Positions 39,547 through 51,773 of a stretch of 64,000 nt of DNA are shown here, one piece after another. The notes under the pieces were generated by a model. The model saw nothing but the letters and a program-made list of their open reading frames with translations. It did not search any database and was not told where the DNA came from. The translations under genes were made by a program, and so were the position numbers. The DNA comes from Lachnospiraceae bacterium. Its GTDB lineage: Bacteria > Bacillota > Clostridia > Lachnospirales > Lachnospiraceae. Each line of letters opens with the position of its first letter. Positions within the stretch are counted from its first letter, which is position 1. Location: NCBI GenBank assembly GCA_036310185.1, contig JAXJSH010000070.1:59865-123864 (forward strand), written 5' to 3'.

Positions 39547-40850
39547 TCGTCTATCTCCATATCAATCAATTCTTCTAGCTCACTATTTGTAATTGAAGAC
39601 ACTTCATCAATATAGCTTGTACTTATCATATGACTTTCTTCATCCAATAACGATTCCATTGTTTTTTCAAATCTTCCGATTTTGAAAGCTACAAAATTAC
39701 CATAACTCACTCTTAAATTTCTGGGAATTATAACCTTTCCATCTTTCGAGTGTGCATTTTCAACTTTCTCAGAATATAATAAAATGTTTGTAGAAGTAAG
39801 AATATATGGACTATGCGTTGTAATAATAACTTTACTATTTGTAACATTTACCATCAGTGAAATCAGACTGATAATATCTTTTTGAGCAACAGGAAACAAG
39901 TGTGCTTCCGGTTCTTCTATTACAATGAAAGATTTTTTCTTTTCCAGTATAATTACAAAAGCCAACATTAATATCCATAAAGCTTCCTGCTGTCCTGATG
40001 ACCCATACATTAACTTAACCCAATGATATTCATCAAAATAAATTTTTTCTCCATCATTTTCACTTGTATAATCAGCTTTAAGAATCTTTTTGATTAATTC
40101 ATACGCATATTCCAGTGCTACATTATTTACCTGTCCTTTTACCGTCTTAGTATAATCTTTCACCATTTCCGGAATTTTTGTTCCAAACTTGTTTTTTGTA
40201 GTTCTTATCAGCTTTATAAATTCCTGCATGGTTAAATCCATTTCATCAACAGATACATCCTGCAGCTGTTCCGACATGGTAGCCAGCAAACTTCTTCCGG
40301 CAGGTACATATATAATATCCATTTCATTTCCGAATGACGCAATTAACGCTTCATTCAAATGACGCTTCATTACACCTAATGCTGTAATGTTATCCATAAT
40401 AGAACTAACTTCGCTGTTCAATTTATCTAAAAACATGTCAGCAGATTCATCTATCAACTGCAATATCTCATTTTTCAATATAGGATCAAAAGAAAAACGC
40501 ACATAACCATCCTGATTCAAAAATATACTGATTTTTTTACCAGAAAAATCATATAAAATTTTAAATTTTTGCATATGTTTTGTTTTTCCGAAACACCCCA
40601 TAAATTGTCTGGTCAAATATTTTAAATAGTTATTAAAATATTCATTTTTATGATTCTGGGTAAACTGTTCTGAACTCATCAAAAAATCCAATGTATAATC
40701 TCTGATTTTCTGACAAAAATACACCACTTTACAAATTGTACTTTTTCCAGAAGCCTGCGCCCCAATAAAGATTTGAAAATTTTTGTTTAAATCAACCTTT
40801 GCCTCACGAACAGGCCCGAAATTTCGAATGATAATTTCATTTTTTCTCAT
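39543..40850 (-). CDS. ABC/SMC-fold ATPase (AAA_15/AAA_21-like)
   Basis: 435 aa. Walker A GAQASGKST (aa 30-38), VPAGRS (aa 182-187), signature-like SSGQQE (aa 284-289), Walker B FIVIEEPE (aa 308-315), H-loop TTHSP (aa 344-348). About 245 aa are inserted between Walker A and the signature. Confidence 0.85.
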   Translation of the reverse strand: MRKNEIIIRNFGPVREAKVDLNKNFQIFIGAQASGKSTICKVVYFCQKIRDYTLDFLMSSEQFTQNHKNEYFNNYLKYLTRQFMGCFGKTKHMQKFKILYDFSGKKISIFLNQDGYVRFSFDPILKNEILQLIDESADMFLDKLNSEVSSIMDNITALGVMKRHLNEALIASFGNEMDIIYVPAGRSLLATMSEQLQDVSVDEMDLTMQEFIKLIRTTKNKFGTKIPEMVKDYTKTVKGQVNNVALEYAYELIKKILKADYTSENDGEKIYFDEYHWVKLMYGSSGQQEALWILMLAFVIILEKKKSFIVIEEPEAHLFPVAQKDIISLISLMVNVTNSKVIITTHSPYILTSTNILLYSEKVENAHSKDGKVIIPRNLRVSYGNFVAFKIGRFEKTMESLLDEESHMISTSYIDEVSSITNSELEELIDMEIDE

Positions 40851-40895
40851 AATCTGCGCTTCCTAACATCTTTTTATTTACTATTCAATACAAAA

Positions 40896-40924
40896 ATTAT
40901 ATGAGATATTATTTTAATTTACAA
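40896..40924 (-). promoter_or_regulatory. Near-consensus sigma-A promoter of the two-gene island (TTGTAA-17-TATAAT)
   Basis: Minus strand: TTGTAA (40919-40924), 17-nt spacer, TATAAT (40896-40901), about 45 nt upstream of the ATPase ATG. RBS AGGAAG. Confidence 0.55.
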
Positions 40925-40957
40925 TGATATTTTAAAAATAAATATTTTTATACCAAA

Positions 40958-40985
40958 AGGCCCCCGCTGTCACCAGCGGAAGCCT
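40958..40985 (-). terminator. Possible terminator after the amidase gene
   Basis: Stem CCGCTG/CAGCGG plus outer AGGC/GCCT pairs. The T-tract on the minus strand is weak (CCTTTTGGT). Confidence 0.4.
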
Positions 40986-40991
40986 CTCATC

Positions 40992-41672
40992 TTACAACTC
41001 ATTTATTTTATTTCCCACATCTGCCTTAAACTGTTCCCAGGCACTTTCGTCCTCCACAAAATATTTCGGACATATCTTTCCGGTCACATCATAATGCCGG
41101 ATTACCTGATCACTGGTAAGGTCAAATTTTTTACACAGCCATGCTGTGAGATGCACCAGAGACTCATATGTAGCGTCCGTATATTGCCCGCTCTCATCCG
41201 GATGACAGGTCTCAATGGACACCGTATCCCAGTTGCGGTCATTGGACGCATAGGCAATCTCAGCAGTCGGAACACACTGAACAATTTCTCCATCCAGTCC
41301 CACAATAAAATGGCTGCTGGCCATTGTGGTCTGGGTATACTGAAGATTTTCAAAATAATCCCGATTCGCCTGAGCACTGCTGCCGGGGTTTGCGGTGTAA
41401 TGGACCACAACCGCATTCACCTGTTCCAGTGCGATTCCAGGTCTGGAATAATCATTTACCGTCAAAAGCTGAACATCTATATCCGGCTTTCCCGGTATTT
41501 CACCATTCACTGTCTGGGCAGACGATTTTTCCGGACTGCTGACAAAATCACGAGCGGCCCAAAAAGCAACGGCCAGGCCTGCAAGAACAAAGATTGTCCA
41601 CAAATTCTTTTTAAAATTTTCTACCTTTCTCTGTCTCTCAGCTTTCCAGTCGCTGCTTTTTTTCTCCTGCAT
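40992..41672 (-). CDS. Membrane-anchored N-acetylmuramoyl-L-alanine amidase (Amidase_2/PGRP fold)
   Basis: 226 aa. N-terminal TM helix (IFVLAGLAVAFWAA). Amidase_2 pattern VVVHYTANPG...SSHFIVGLDGEIVQ...SIETCH...HYDVTGKICP. Confidence 0.85.
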   Translation of the reverse strand: MQEKKSSDWKAERQRKVENFKKNLWTIFVLAGLAVAFWAARDFVSSPEKSSAQTVNGEIPGKPDIDVQLLTVNDYSRPGIALEQVNAVVVHYTANPGSSAQANRDYFENLQYTQTTMASSHFIVGLDGEIVQCVPTAEIAYASNDRNWDTVSIETCHPDESGQYTDATYESLVHLTAWLCKKFDLTSDQVIRHYDVTGKICPKYFVEDESAWEQFKADVGNKINEL

Positions 41673-41725
41673 CGTTCTATCATTCTTTCTTACTATATCA
41701 GTAACGGTTCAGAAAGTTGCCTGTA

Positions 41726-43237
<1,512 letters not shown>

Positions 43238-43243
43238 TCAATG

Positions 43244-43741
43244 TCAATCATCAAATGCAGTTCGCGGCATGCGTCTTTTTATGTTCTGAAACATAGCCTG
43301 ATCCAGCTGAAGCAAAACTTTTACCTGGGTGTTATTTTTGCTGGTAACCAGGACATACGGACGCTGTTCTCTGTCATTTGCCGAATAATCAATGGTTTTC
43401 AGGTTCTGATAGGAATCCAGATGATGAGAACCAAGGGGTGCCACCATCTCAACCTGATTCAGATCGATGTTCATCACTCTTTTTCGTTTCTGTTTGGAAA
43501 AAATCTTGTCCACGTCAATCTCATCGTTTATATGCAGATATTCAAATTCCACATTCAGTTTGGGAATCACGAAATAATCCACCAAAGCCAGTACCAATGC
43601 CACCAGCAGAATGATCGGGTTCAATGAAAGCAGTACCATAATAACCGCCGCAGCCGTCAATCCCAGCAATGCAGACCGGATCAGGCCATCTTTCAATGAC
43701 ATTTTTCTTTTCACAAGAAGTTCTGAGTATAAATCGCTCAT
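43244..43741 (-). CDS. Hypothetical membrane protein
   Basis: 165 aa. Two central hydrophobic helices. No family recognised by eye. Confidence 0.55.
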   Translation of the reverse strand: MSDLYSELLVKRKMSLKDGLIRSALLGLTAAAVIMVLLSLNPIILLVALVLALVDYFVIPKLNVEFEYLHINDEIDVDKIFSKQKRKRVMNIDLNQVEMVAPLGSHHLDSYQNLKTIDYSANDREQRPYVLVTSKNNTQVKVLLQLDQAMFQNIKRRMPRTAFDD

Positions 43742-43860
43742 TTTGTGTGTACCTCCACTATGTTTCCTTTTCTCGTATTTTCTGGAATTCAGAAGGTGCC
43801 ATAAAAAACATGCATATGTACGTGCACCTTCTGAGCAGTTATATTCATTTTAACACAAAG

Positions 43861-43893
43861 AAAGGACAACGTCTACGAATGACATTGTCCTTT
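43861..43893 (-). terminator. Terminator after groEL
   Basis: 9-bp stem AAAGGACAA/TTGTCCTTT with a 15-nt loop, followed on the minus strand by CTTTGTGTT. Confidence 0.5.
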
Positions 43894-43909
43894 CGAAAAA
43901 ATTCATAAA

Positions 43910-45837
<1,928 letters not shown>

Positions 45838-45883
45838 ATTATATTGCCTCCCTTGCAAAATTAGAATCAATGTTTTTGTCGAA

Positions 45884-45910
45884 TTAGCACTCGATTTAGT
45901 TGAGTGCTAA
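45884..45910 (-). promoter_or_regulatory. CIRCE operator (HrcA binding site)
   Basis: Exact match to the consensus TTAGCACTC-N9-GAGTGCTAA. Confidence 0.92.
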
Positions 45911-45922
45911 CACCATGGTTAC

Positions 45923-45951
45923 ACTATACTACCGCAGGATTTTTTTGTCAA
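45923..45951 (-). promoter_or_regulatory. Sigma-A promoter of groES-groEL (TTGACA-17-TATAGT)
   Basis: Minus strand: TTGACA (45946-45951), 17-nt spacer, TATAGT (45923-45928), immediately upstream of CIRCE. Confidence 0.6.
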
Positions 45952-45988
45952 TAGCATTAAATATAAAATAATAATAAACAAAAAGTAA

Positions 45989-46010
45989 AACCGGCTGTCT
46001 CCAGCCGGCT
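45989..46010 (-). terminator. Terminator after codY
   Basis: Stem AACCGGCTG/CAGCCGGCT with a 4-nt loop. TTTACTTTTTG follows on the minus strand. Confidence 0.55.
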
Positions 46011-46022
46011 CCTTGGTATCTC

Positions 46023-46808
46023 TTATTTTGCATTTCTCTCCTGTTTGATTCTCTCCAGTTCGTCAAAAATCACTTCATTTACCACTTTAATATAGGTTCC
46101 CTTCATACCGGAGGAACGGGATTCGATCACACCGGCACTTTCAAACTTGCGAAGTGCATTTACGATAACAGAACGGGTAATTCCCACCCGGTCCGCGATC
46201 TTGCTGGCAACCAGAATTCCTTCATTTCCCTGCAGTTCGTCAAATATATGGATGATTGCCTCCATCTCGGAATAGGATAATGTGTTAAATGCAGACTTCA
46301 CGACCTGTACTTTTCTGTTTTCTTCTGCATTTTCCTCATCGACGGAACGCATCATCTCCAGTCCCACTACCGTTGTTCCATATTCGCTTACAATAATATC
46401 CTCAATATCATAGGCTGCATTCTGACGGTAACTGAATACGGTGCCAAGGCGTTCGCCGGCAATCTCGATGGGATTTATGATCGCGCTGTATTTTTTAATA
46501 TCTTCTCCTTCAAATCCAAGGGTCTGCAGATTTACGTTTTCTTTTGTGGAAAGAACGCCCAGGAAACGGTCATTGAGCAGTGAATCTACATGTCCTCCGA
46601 CATTATCTGCAACCAGTTCTTTCAGTTCATCTACACCTTTGCACATTCCAACGCCAAGTACTTTACCTTTTTTACTGATAACCAGCACATTTGAATTTAA
46701 TGTATCTACAAGGACCTGGCAAATGTCATTAAAAACTACTTTGCTGCTGTTATTATTATGAAGCAGTTTATTGATTTTTCTAGTCTTGTCTAACAGTTGT
46801 ACGCTCAT
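46023..46808 (-). CDS. codY: GTP/BCAA-sensing global regulator CodY
   Basis: 261 aa. The C-terminal HTH ASKIADRVGITRSVIVNALRKFESAGVIESRS is diagnostic. Confidence 0.92.
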   Translation of the reverse strand: MSVQLLDKTRKINKLLHNNNSSKVVFNDICQVLVDTLNSNVLVISKKGKVLGVGMCKGVDELKELVADNVGGHVDSLLNDRFLGVLSTKENVNLQTLGFEGEDIKKYSAIINPIEIAGERLGTVFSYRQNAAYDIEDIIVSEYGTTVVGLEMMRSVDEENAEENRKVQVVKSAFNTLSYSEMEAIIHIFDELQGNEGILVASKIADRVGITRSVIVNALRKFESAGVIESRSSGMKGTYIKVVNEVIFDELERIKQERNAK

Positions 46809-46935
46809 CGTTTCCTCCTTATGTATTATTTTATAATTATTTTTATCTTAGCACAAAAATCCCGCCAATTCAACTGAATCAGCAGGATTTTTATGAACAT
46901 TTTGTGTATTTTCAGAATATTTTAATCTTTTGAAT

Positions 46936-49008
46936 TTATTCCTTTTCGTTTTTCAATTCCACATATCCGCACTTTTCATCTGCGCAGACCAGTTTGTTTC
47001 CTTTTTCCACCATATAGCCGCCGCATTTCGGACATTTTTTGTGGGACGGTTTCTGCCAGGACATAAATTCGCACTCCGGATTATCCTCACATCCATAGTA
47101 TTTGCGGCCTTTTTTGGTCTTTTTGAGAACCACGTCCTTACCGCAGTTCGGACAGGCCACACCGATTTTTTCATAATAGGGCTTCGTGTTTTTGCAGTCC
47201 GGGAAACCCGGGCAGGCCAGAAATCTTCCGTGGGGGCCGTATTTGACTACCATGTTCCGTCCGCAGTTTTCGCAGATCACATCGGTAACTTCGTCCTCTA
47301 TTTTTACCTGTTCCAGCTCTTTTTCCGCAGCCTCCACTGATTCGGCCAGATCCGGATAAAAGTTTTCCACTACCACTTTCCAGTTTACGCTTCCATCCTC
47401 GATCTTATCCAGAAGATCTTCCATAGTTGCGGTAAAGTCCACATCCACAATGGCAGGAAAGGCCTGTTTCATAATGTTATTGACCACTTCACCCAGCTCT
47501 GTTATATACAGATTCTTGTTCTCTTTTGCAATGTAGCGGCGGGCCAGAATGGTGGTGATCGTCGGTGCATAGGTACTTGGACGGCCGATTCCACGCTCTT
47601 CCAGTGCTTTTACCAGCGATGCCTCTGTATAATGTGCAGGCGGCTGTGTAAAATGCTGTTCCGGCGCAAAAGATTCAAAATGAAGCTCTGTGTCTTTATC
47701 AATGCTCTTCAGCAGCTGATTGTTTTCGGCCTTCTCATCTTCTTCCTGTGTATAGACTGACATAAAGCCATCAAACGCTATTTTGGATGCCGCAACCGTA
47801 AATGTATACACACCGCCGCCGATTTTTACGGAAGTCGTCTCATATACCGCCGGTTTCATACGGCTGGCTGTAAATCTGCGCCAGATCAGCTGATAGAGAC
47901 GGAACTGATCTCTTGTTAAGGATTCTTTGATCATCAGCGGGGTTCTGACAATATCCGTCGGACGAATTGCCTCATGGGCATCCTGTACCTTTTTCTTTTC
48001 TTCTGTTTTCTTTTCTCCGACCGCCACATACTGTTCTCCATACTGTTCCTGAATATAAGTTCTTGCAGCGGTATCTGCTTCCTCAGAAATACGGGTGGAA
48101 TCAGTACGCAGATAGGAAATCAGACCCACCGTTCCGTTTCCTTTTATATCAACGCCTTCATACAGCTGCTGCGCCAGACGCATGGTCTTCTGGGTAGAAA
48201 AATTCAGGGTTTTTGCAGCTTCCTGCTGAAGGGTACTGGTGATGAACGGGAGGGGTGCTTTTTTGCATCGCTCACCTTTTTTCACATCCGTTACGTGATA
48301 TTCTGCACCTTCCAGTTCTGCCAGAATCTGATCCAGTTCTTCTTTCGAATGGATCTCCATTTTTTTATCCGTTCCGTAGAATTTTGCTTTCAGCGGTTTC
48401 TTTTCTCCCGGAATGGAAAACTGAGCTTCCAGTGTCCAGTATTCTGTGGGAATAAATGCATTGATCTCATCTTCCCGGTCACCGATGATGCGGAGCGCCA
48501 CCGACTGTACACGGCCTGCGCTTAAGCCTCTTTTTACTTTTGCCCAGAGCACCGGACTGATCTTATACCCTACCATTCGGTCCAGAATACGGCGGGTCTG
48601 CTGCGCATCCACCAGATTCATGTCGATGTCACGGGCGTTTTTGATGGATGCTTTTACCGCATTTTTTGTAATTTCATTAAACGTGATACGGCGCATTTTC
48701 TTTTCGTCCAGATTCAGCGCCTTTGATAAGTGCCAGGAAATTGCTTCTCCTTCCCGGTCCGGGTCAGTTGCAAGGTATACTTTTTCCGCTTTTTTTGCAG
48801 AACGGCGCAATTTTGCAAGCAGTTCCCCTTTTCCTCTTATTGTAATATATTTGGGTTCGAAACCATGCTCCACATCAATACCGAGCTGACTTTTGGGCAG
48901 GTCTCTGACATGTCCCTGGGACGCTTCCACTTCGTAGTTGTTTCCCAGGAATTTCTTTACTGTTTTTACTTTTGCAGGTGATTCCACAATCACAAGATAT
49001 TTTGCCAC
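46936..49008 (-). CDS. topA: DNA topoisomerase I
   Basis: 690 aa. Toprim start (LVIVESPAKVKT), active-site region ISYLRTDS, and C-terminal Cys4 zinc ribbons. Confidence 0.95.
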   Translation of the reverse strand: MAKYLVIVESPAKVKTVKKFLGNNYEVEASQGHVRDLPKSQLGIDVEHGFEPKYITIRGKGELLAKLRRSAKKAEKVYLATDPDREGEAISWHLSKALNLDEKKMRRITFNEITKNAVKASIKNARDIDMNLVDAQQTRRILDRMVGYKISPVLWAKVKRGLSAGRVQSVALRIIGDREDEINAFIPTEYWTLEAQFSIPGEKKPLKAKFYGTDKKMEIHSKEELDQILAELEGAEYHVTDVKKGERCKKAPLPFITSTLQQEAAKTLNFSTQKTMRLAQQLYEGVDIKGNGTVGLISYLRTDSTRISEEADTAARTYIQEQYGEQYVAVGEKKTEEKKKVQDAHEAIRPTDIVRTPLMIKESLTRDQFRLYQLIWRRFTASRMKPAVYETTSVKIGGGVYTFTVAASKIAFDGFMSVYTQEEDEKAENNQLLKSIDKDTELHFESFAPEQHFTQPPAHYTEASLVKALEERGIGRPSTYAPTITTILARRYIAKENKNLYITELGEVVNNIMKQAFPAIVDVDFTATMEDLLDKIEDGSVNWKVVVENFYPDLAESVEAAEKELEQVKIEDEVTDVICENCGRNMVVKYGPHGRFLACPGFPDCKNTKPYYEKIGVACPNCGKDVVLKKTKKGRKYYGCEDNPECEFMSWQKPSHKKCPKCGGYMVEKGNKLVCADEKCGYVELKNEKE

Positions 49009-49021
49009 AGCAGATCTCCTC

Positions 49022-49963
49022 TTACGCTTTCACAAACTTATTTTTACCGGCCTGCTGAACATATCCGTCCAGTTCCAGCCGAAGCAGAATCTCAGAAACC
49101 CGGGCCAGAGACATGTCCGTCTGCCGGACAATCTCGTCCAGATTTTGAGGTTCAAAATCGAGACAACTATACACCAAATTCAAATCACTTGCAAGCCCAA
49201 ATTTTATTTTTTCATTTTTGCTCATCTCTTTGCTATTATCTATATGCAGTTCGGATAACAGACATTCAGGAGAATATGCAATGCCCGCTCCCTGAAAAAT
49301 CAGGCGGTTGCATCCAACACTCAGCTTATCGCCCACTCTGCCCGGCACCGCATAGACAGTCTTTCCCTGCTCCAGCGCACAGTCTGCCGTAATCAGGGAT
49401 CCTGATTTTTCTTTTGCCTCTACCACAAGAACCAGATCCGAAAGAGCGCTGATCAGCCGGTTGCGTTTTGGAAACATCCAGGGCTGGGGCGGGGTGCACA
49501 TGGGAAACTCGGAAATGATACCGCCTCCCGCTTCCACCATACGTGTCCACAAATTTTTATGTTCAGCAGGATAGCAGTGATCCAGCCCGCAGCCCAGTAT
49601 GGCATATGTTTTTCCGCCGCCATCCAGAGCCCCCTCATGTGCATAGCCATCCACACCCCTGGCCAGACCGCTGATGACCGCTGCTCCGTGCTGCGCCAGA
49701 TATTTTCCGAACTCATAAGCCTGTTTCTTTCCATAATTGCTGCACATGCGGGCTCCCACGATGGCAACAGCCGGCTGGTTCACCTCCGGAAGCTGTCCCT
49801 GTACATAGATTCCATCCGGCGCATCATGAAGATTCCTGAATTTTTCCGGATATTGTACGTGTTTCTTCATATAATAATAGACTTTTTTGCCAGGTTCTTT
49901 TTCTGCTCTCTTTATGTCTTCCTGCCAAATTTCTTTTTCTGTTTTTTCCTCATCTGTATACAT
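49022..49963 (-). CDS. dprA: DNA-processing protein DprA (Smf)
   Basis: 313 aa. Rossmann-like core VAIVGARMCSNYG...ISGLARGVDG...FPKRNRLISALS. Confidence 0.9.
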   Translation of the reverse strand: MYTDEEKTEKEIWQEDIKRAEKEPGKKVYYYMKKHVQYPEKFRNLHDAPDGIYVQGQLPEVNQPAVAIVGARMCSNYGKKQAYEFGKYLAQHGAAVISGLARGVDGYAHEGALDGGGKTYAILGCGLDHCYPAEHKNLWTRMVEAGGGIISEFPMCTPPQPWMFPKRNRLISALSDLVLVVEAKEKSGSLITADCALEQGKTVYAVPGRVGDKLSVGCNRLIFQGAGIAYSPECLLSELHIDNSKEMSKNEKIKFGLASDLNLVYSCLDFEPQNLDEIVRQTDMSLARVSEILLRLELDGYVQQAGKNKFVKA

Positions 49964-51547
49964 CTAATTTCTCCAATATTTCTTATCTATGACCCGATAC
50001 TGTATTGCCTCGCTGATATGAATGGTATCGATTACATCCGCTGCTTCCAGATCTGCGATGGTTCTCGCCACACGAATGATCCGGTGATATCCTCTGGCAC
50101 TTAATCCCATTTTGTGAAAAGCCCTCTCCAGAAGTTTTTTTGCCGCATCCGTCATGGGACAGAACTGTTCCAGCTGACCAGGATTTAGTTCCGAGTTAAA
50201 CACAATGCCCATATCTTTATATCGTTTCTTTTGAATCTGCTGTGCCGCAACCACCTGTCTGCGCATCTGTTCCGATGTCACATCTCCCTTTTCCGTACTG
50301 CTGAGCTCTTCGTATGATATGGCCGGAGCCTCCACACATACATCCATACGGTCCAGCAGCGGAAAACTGATTTTACTGCGGTAACGGTTCACATCTTTTG
50401 CCGTACAGGTACAGCGGTTCATATCCGGGAAATGGCCGCAGGGACAGGGATTCATGGCAGCCAGAAGAAGAAACTCCGCCGGAAAACAGTAAGTTCCGCT
50501 GCTCCTGGACAGATAGATTTTCCGGTCTTCCAGCGGCTGACGCAGAATCTCAAGACTGTGCCGGGAAAATTCCGGCAGTTCATCCAGAAACAGCACACCC
50601 CGATGGGCCAGCGTAATTTCACCGGGCTTTGGTATGTAGCCGCCTCCCGCCAGAGCCTGTGCGGAAGAAGTGTGATGGGGCGAGCGAAAGGGTCTGGTTC
50701 CCATCAGGGGTTTTTCCTGAGACAAAAGCCCGGCCACACTGTAGATCTTCGATATTTCCAGACTTTCCTCCTTTGTAAGGGGCGGCAAAATGGTGGGAAT
50801 CCGCCGGGCAAGCATGGTTTTTCCTGAACCGGGCGGACCGATCAGCAGCATATTGTGGAAACCGGAAACCGCAATCAGCGCCGCTCTTTTCAGGGATTCC
50901 TGACCGCGGATATCCGAAAAATCCACCGTGTAATCTTCCACAACCGTATCCCTTATCGGTTCTTTTTCCCGCATCATATTCTTTTTCACACACTCCGGAC
51001 TTCTTCCGGCACATGCTCCCTCAGAGGGTATTTTACAGTGAACAAGTGCCATAAATTCTCTCAGATCAGTCACACCGGCTACCTGAATATTTTCCACTAC
51101 TCGTGCTTCCATAAGATTATCCCTGGGCACAATGCAGAGGCGGCAGCCACATTCTCTGGCTTTCAGCACCATAGGCAAAATGCCTGAAACCGGGTGAATC
51201 TCCCCGTTCAGTCCCATCTCCCCCGCCAAAAACACCTGATCAAGCTGCTTTAATTCTACCTGTCCCTCCGCCGCCAGAATCGCCGCTGCAATAGGCAGAT
51301 CAAAACAGGCTCCTTCTTTGCGGATATCTGCAGGCGCCAGATTAACCGTTATTTTCTTTGGCGGCAGAGCCATTCCCACATTTTTCAATGCAGTTCGCAC
51401 CCGGTCCTGTGCCTCCTTCACCTGCGAGGTCAGATACCCCACCATAACGAATCCAGGCAGCCCGTCACTGACATCCGCTTCCACAGAAACCGGGTGCACT
51501 TCAAGGCCAGTGATTGCCGCCGACATAACACGACTAAACAAATACAT
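49964..51547 (-). CDS. comM: YifB/ComM-family Mg-chelatase-like ATPase
   Basis: 527 aa. Walker A GPPGSGKTM, Walker B VLFLDELPEF, Lon-like N-domain. Confidence 0.88.
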   Translation of the reverse strand: MYLFSRVMSAAITGLEVHPVSVEADVSDGLPGFVMVGYLTSQVKEAQDRVRTALKNVGMALPPKKITVNLAPADIRKEGACFDLPIAAAILAAEGQVELKQLDQVFLAGEMGLNGEIHPVSGILPMVLKARECGCRLCIVPRDNLMEARVVENIQVAGVTDLREFMALVHCKIPSEGACAGRSPECVKKNMMREKEPIRDTVVEDYTVDFSDIRGQESLKRAALIAVSGFHNMLLIGPPGSGKTMLARRIPTILPPLTKEESLEISKIYSVAGLLSQEKPLMGTRPFRSPHHTSSAQALAGGGYIPKPGEITLAHRGVLFLDELPEFSRHSLEILRQPLEDRKIYLSRSSGTYCFPAEFLLLAAMNPCPCGHFPDMNRCTCTAKDVNRYRSKISFPLLDRMDVCVEAPAISYEELSSTEKGDVTSEQMRRQVVAAQQIQKKRYKDMGIVFNSELNPGQLEQFCPMTDAAKKLLERAFHKMGLSARGYHRIIRVARTIADLEAADVIDTIHISEAIQYRVIDKKYWRN

Positions 51548-51773
51548 TGCTCCTTTCTCTATTGGATTTTATAAAATAAAAATGGAAAACCGGCCGAACG
51601 GCCATGAAATAAACTGCTGCAAAGATACAGCATTTAGACGAAATCAGCATAACATATCTGTGTTTCCTCTGTCAATTGCAGATATTTCTTTCTTATGTCC
51701 TCTTTTTCTTTGGAAAAGCACGCGAACACCACCTTTTTCATAAACTAAAACAAAACCGCTTTCGAGGTATCCT

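Noticed and set aside
38960-40880. Possible direct repeats or target-site duplication flanking the AT-rich island (ATCTTTTAC near 39005-39020 versus ATCTTTTTAT near 40868-40880).
   Set aside because: The match is only ~8 nt, imperfect, and lies in very AT-rich sequence, so it is expected by chance. No inverted repeats or recombinase gene support a mobile-element boundary.
40992-41672. The amidase as a prophage endolysin belonging to the adjacent island.
   Set aside because: - Its GC content matches the host (~50% by hand count).
- It carries an N-terminal membrane anchor rather than a lysin-type cell-wall-binding module.
- It has its own terminator, and no holin, portal or other phage genes are nearby.
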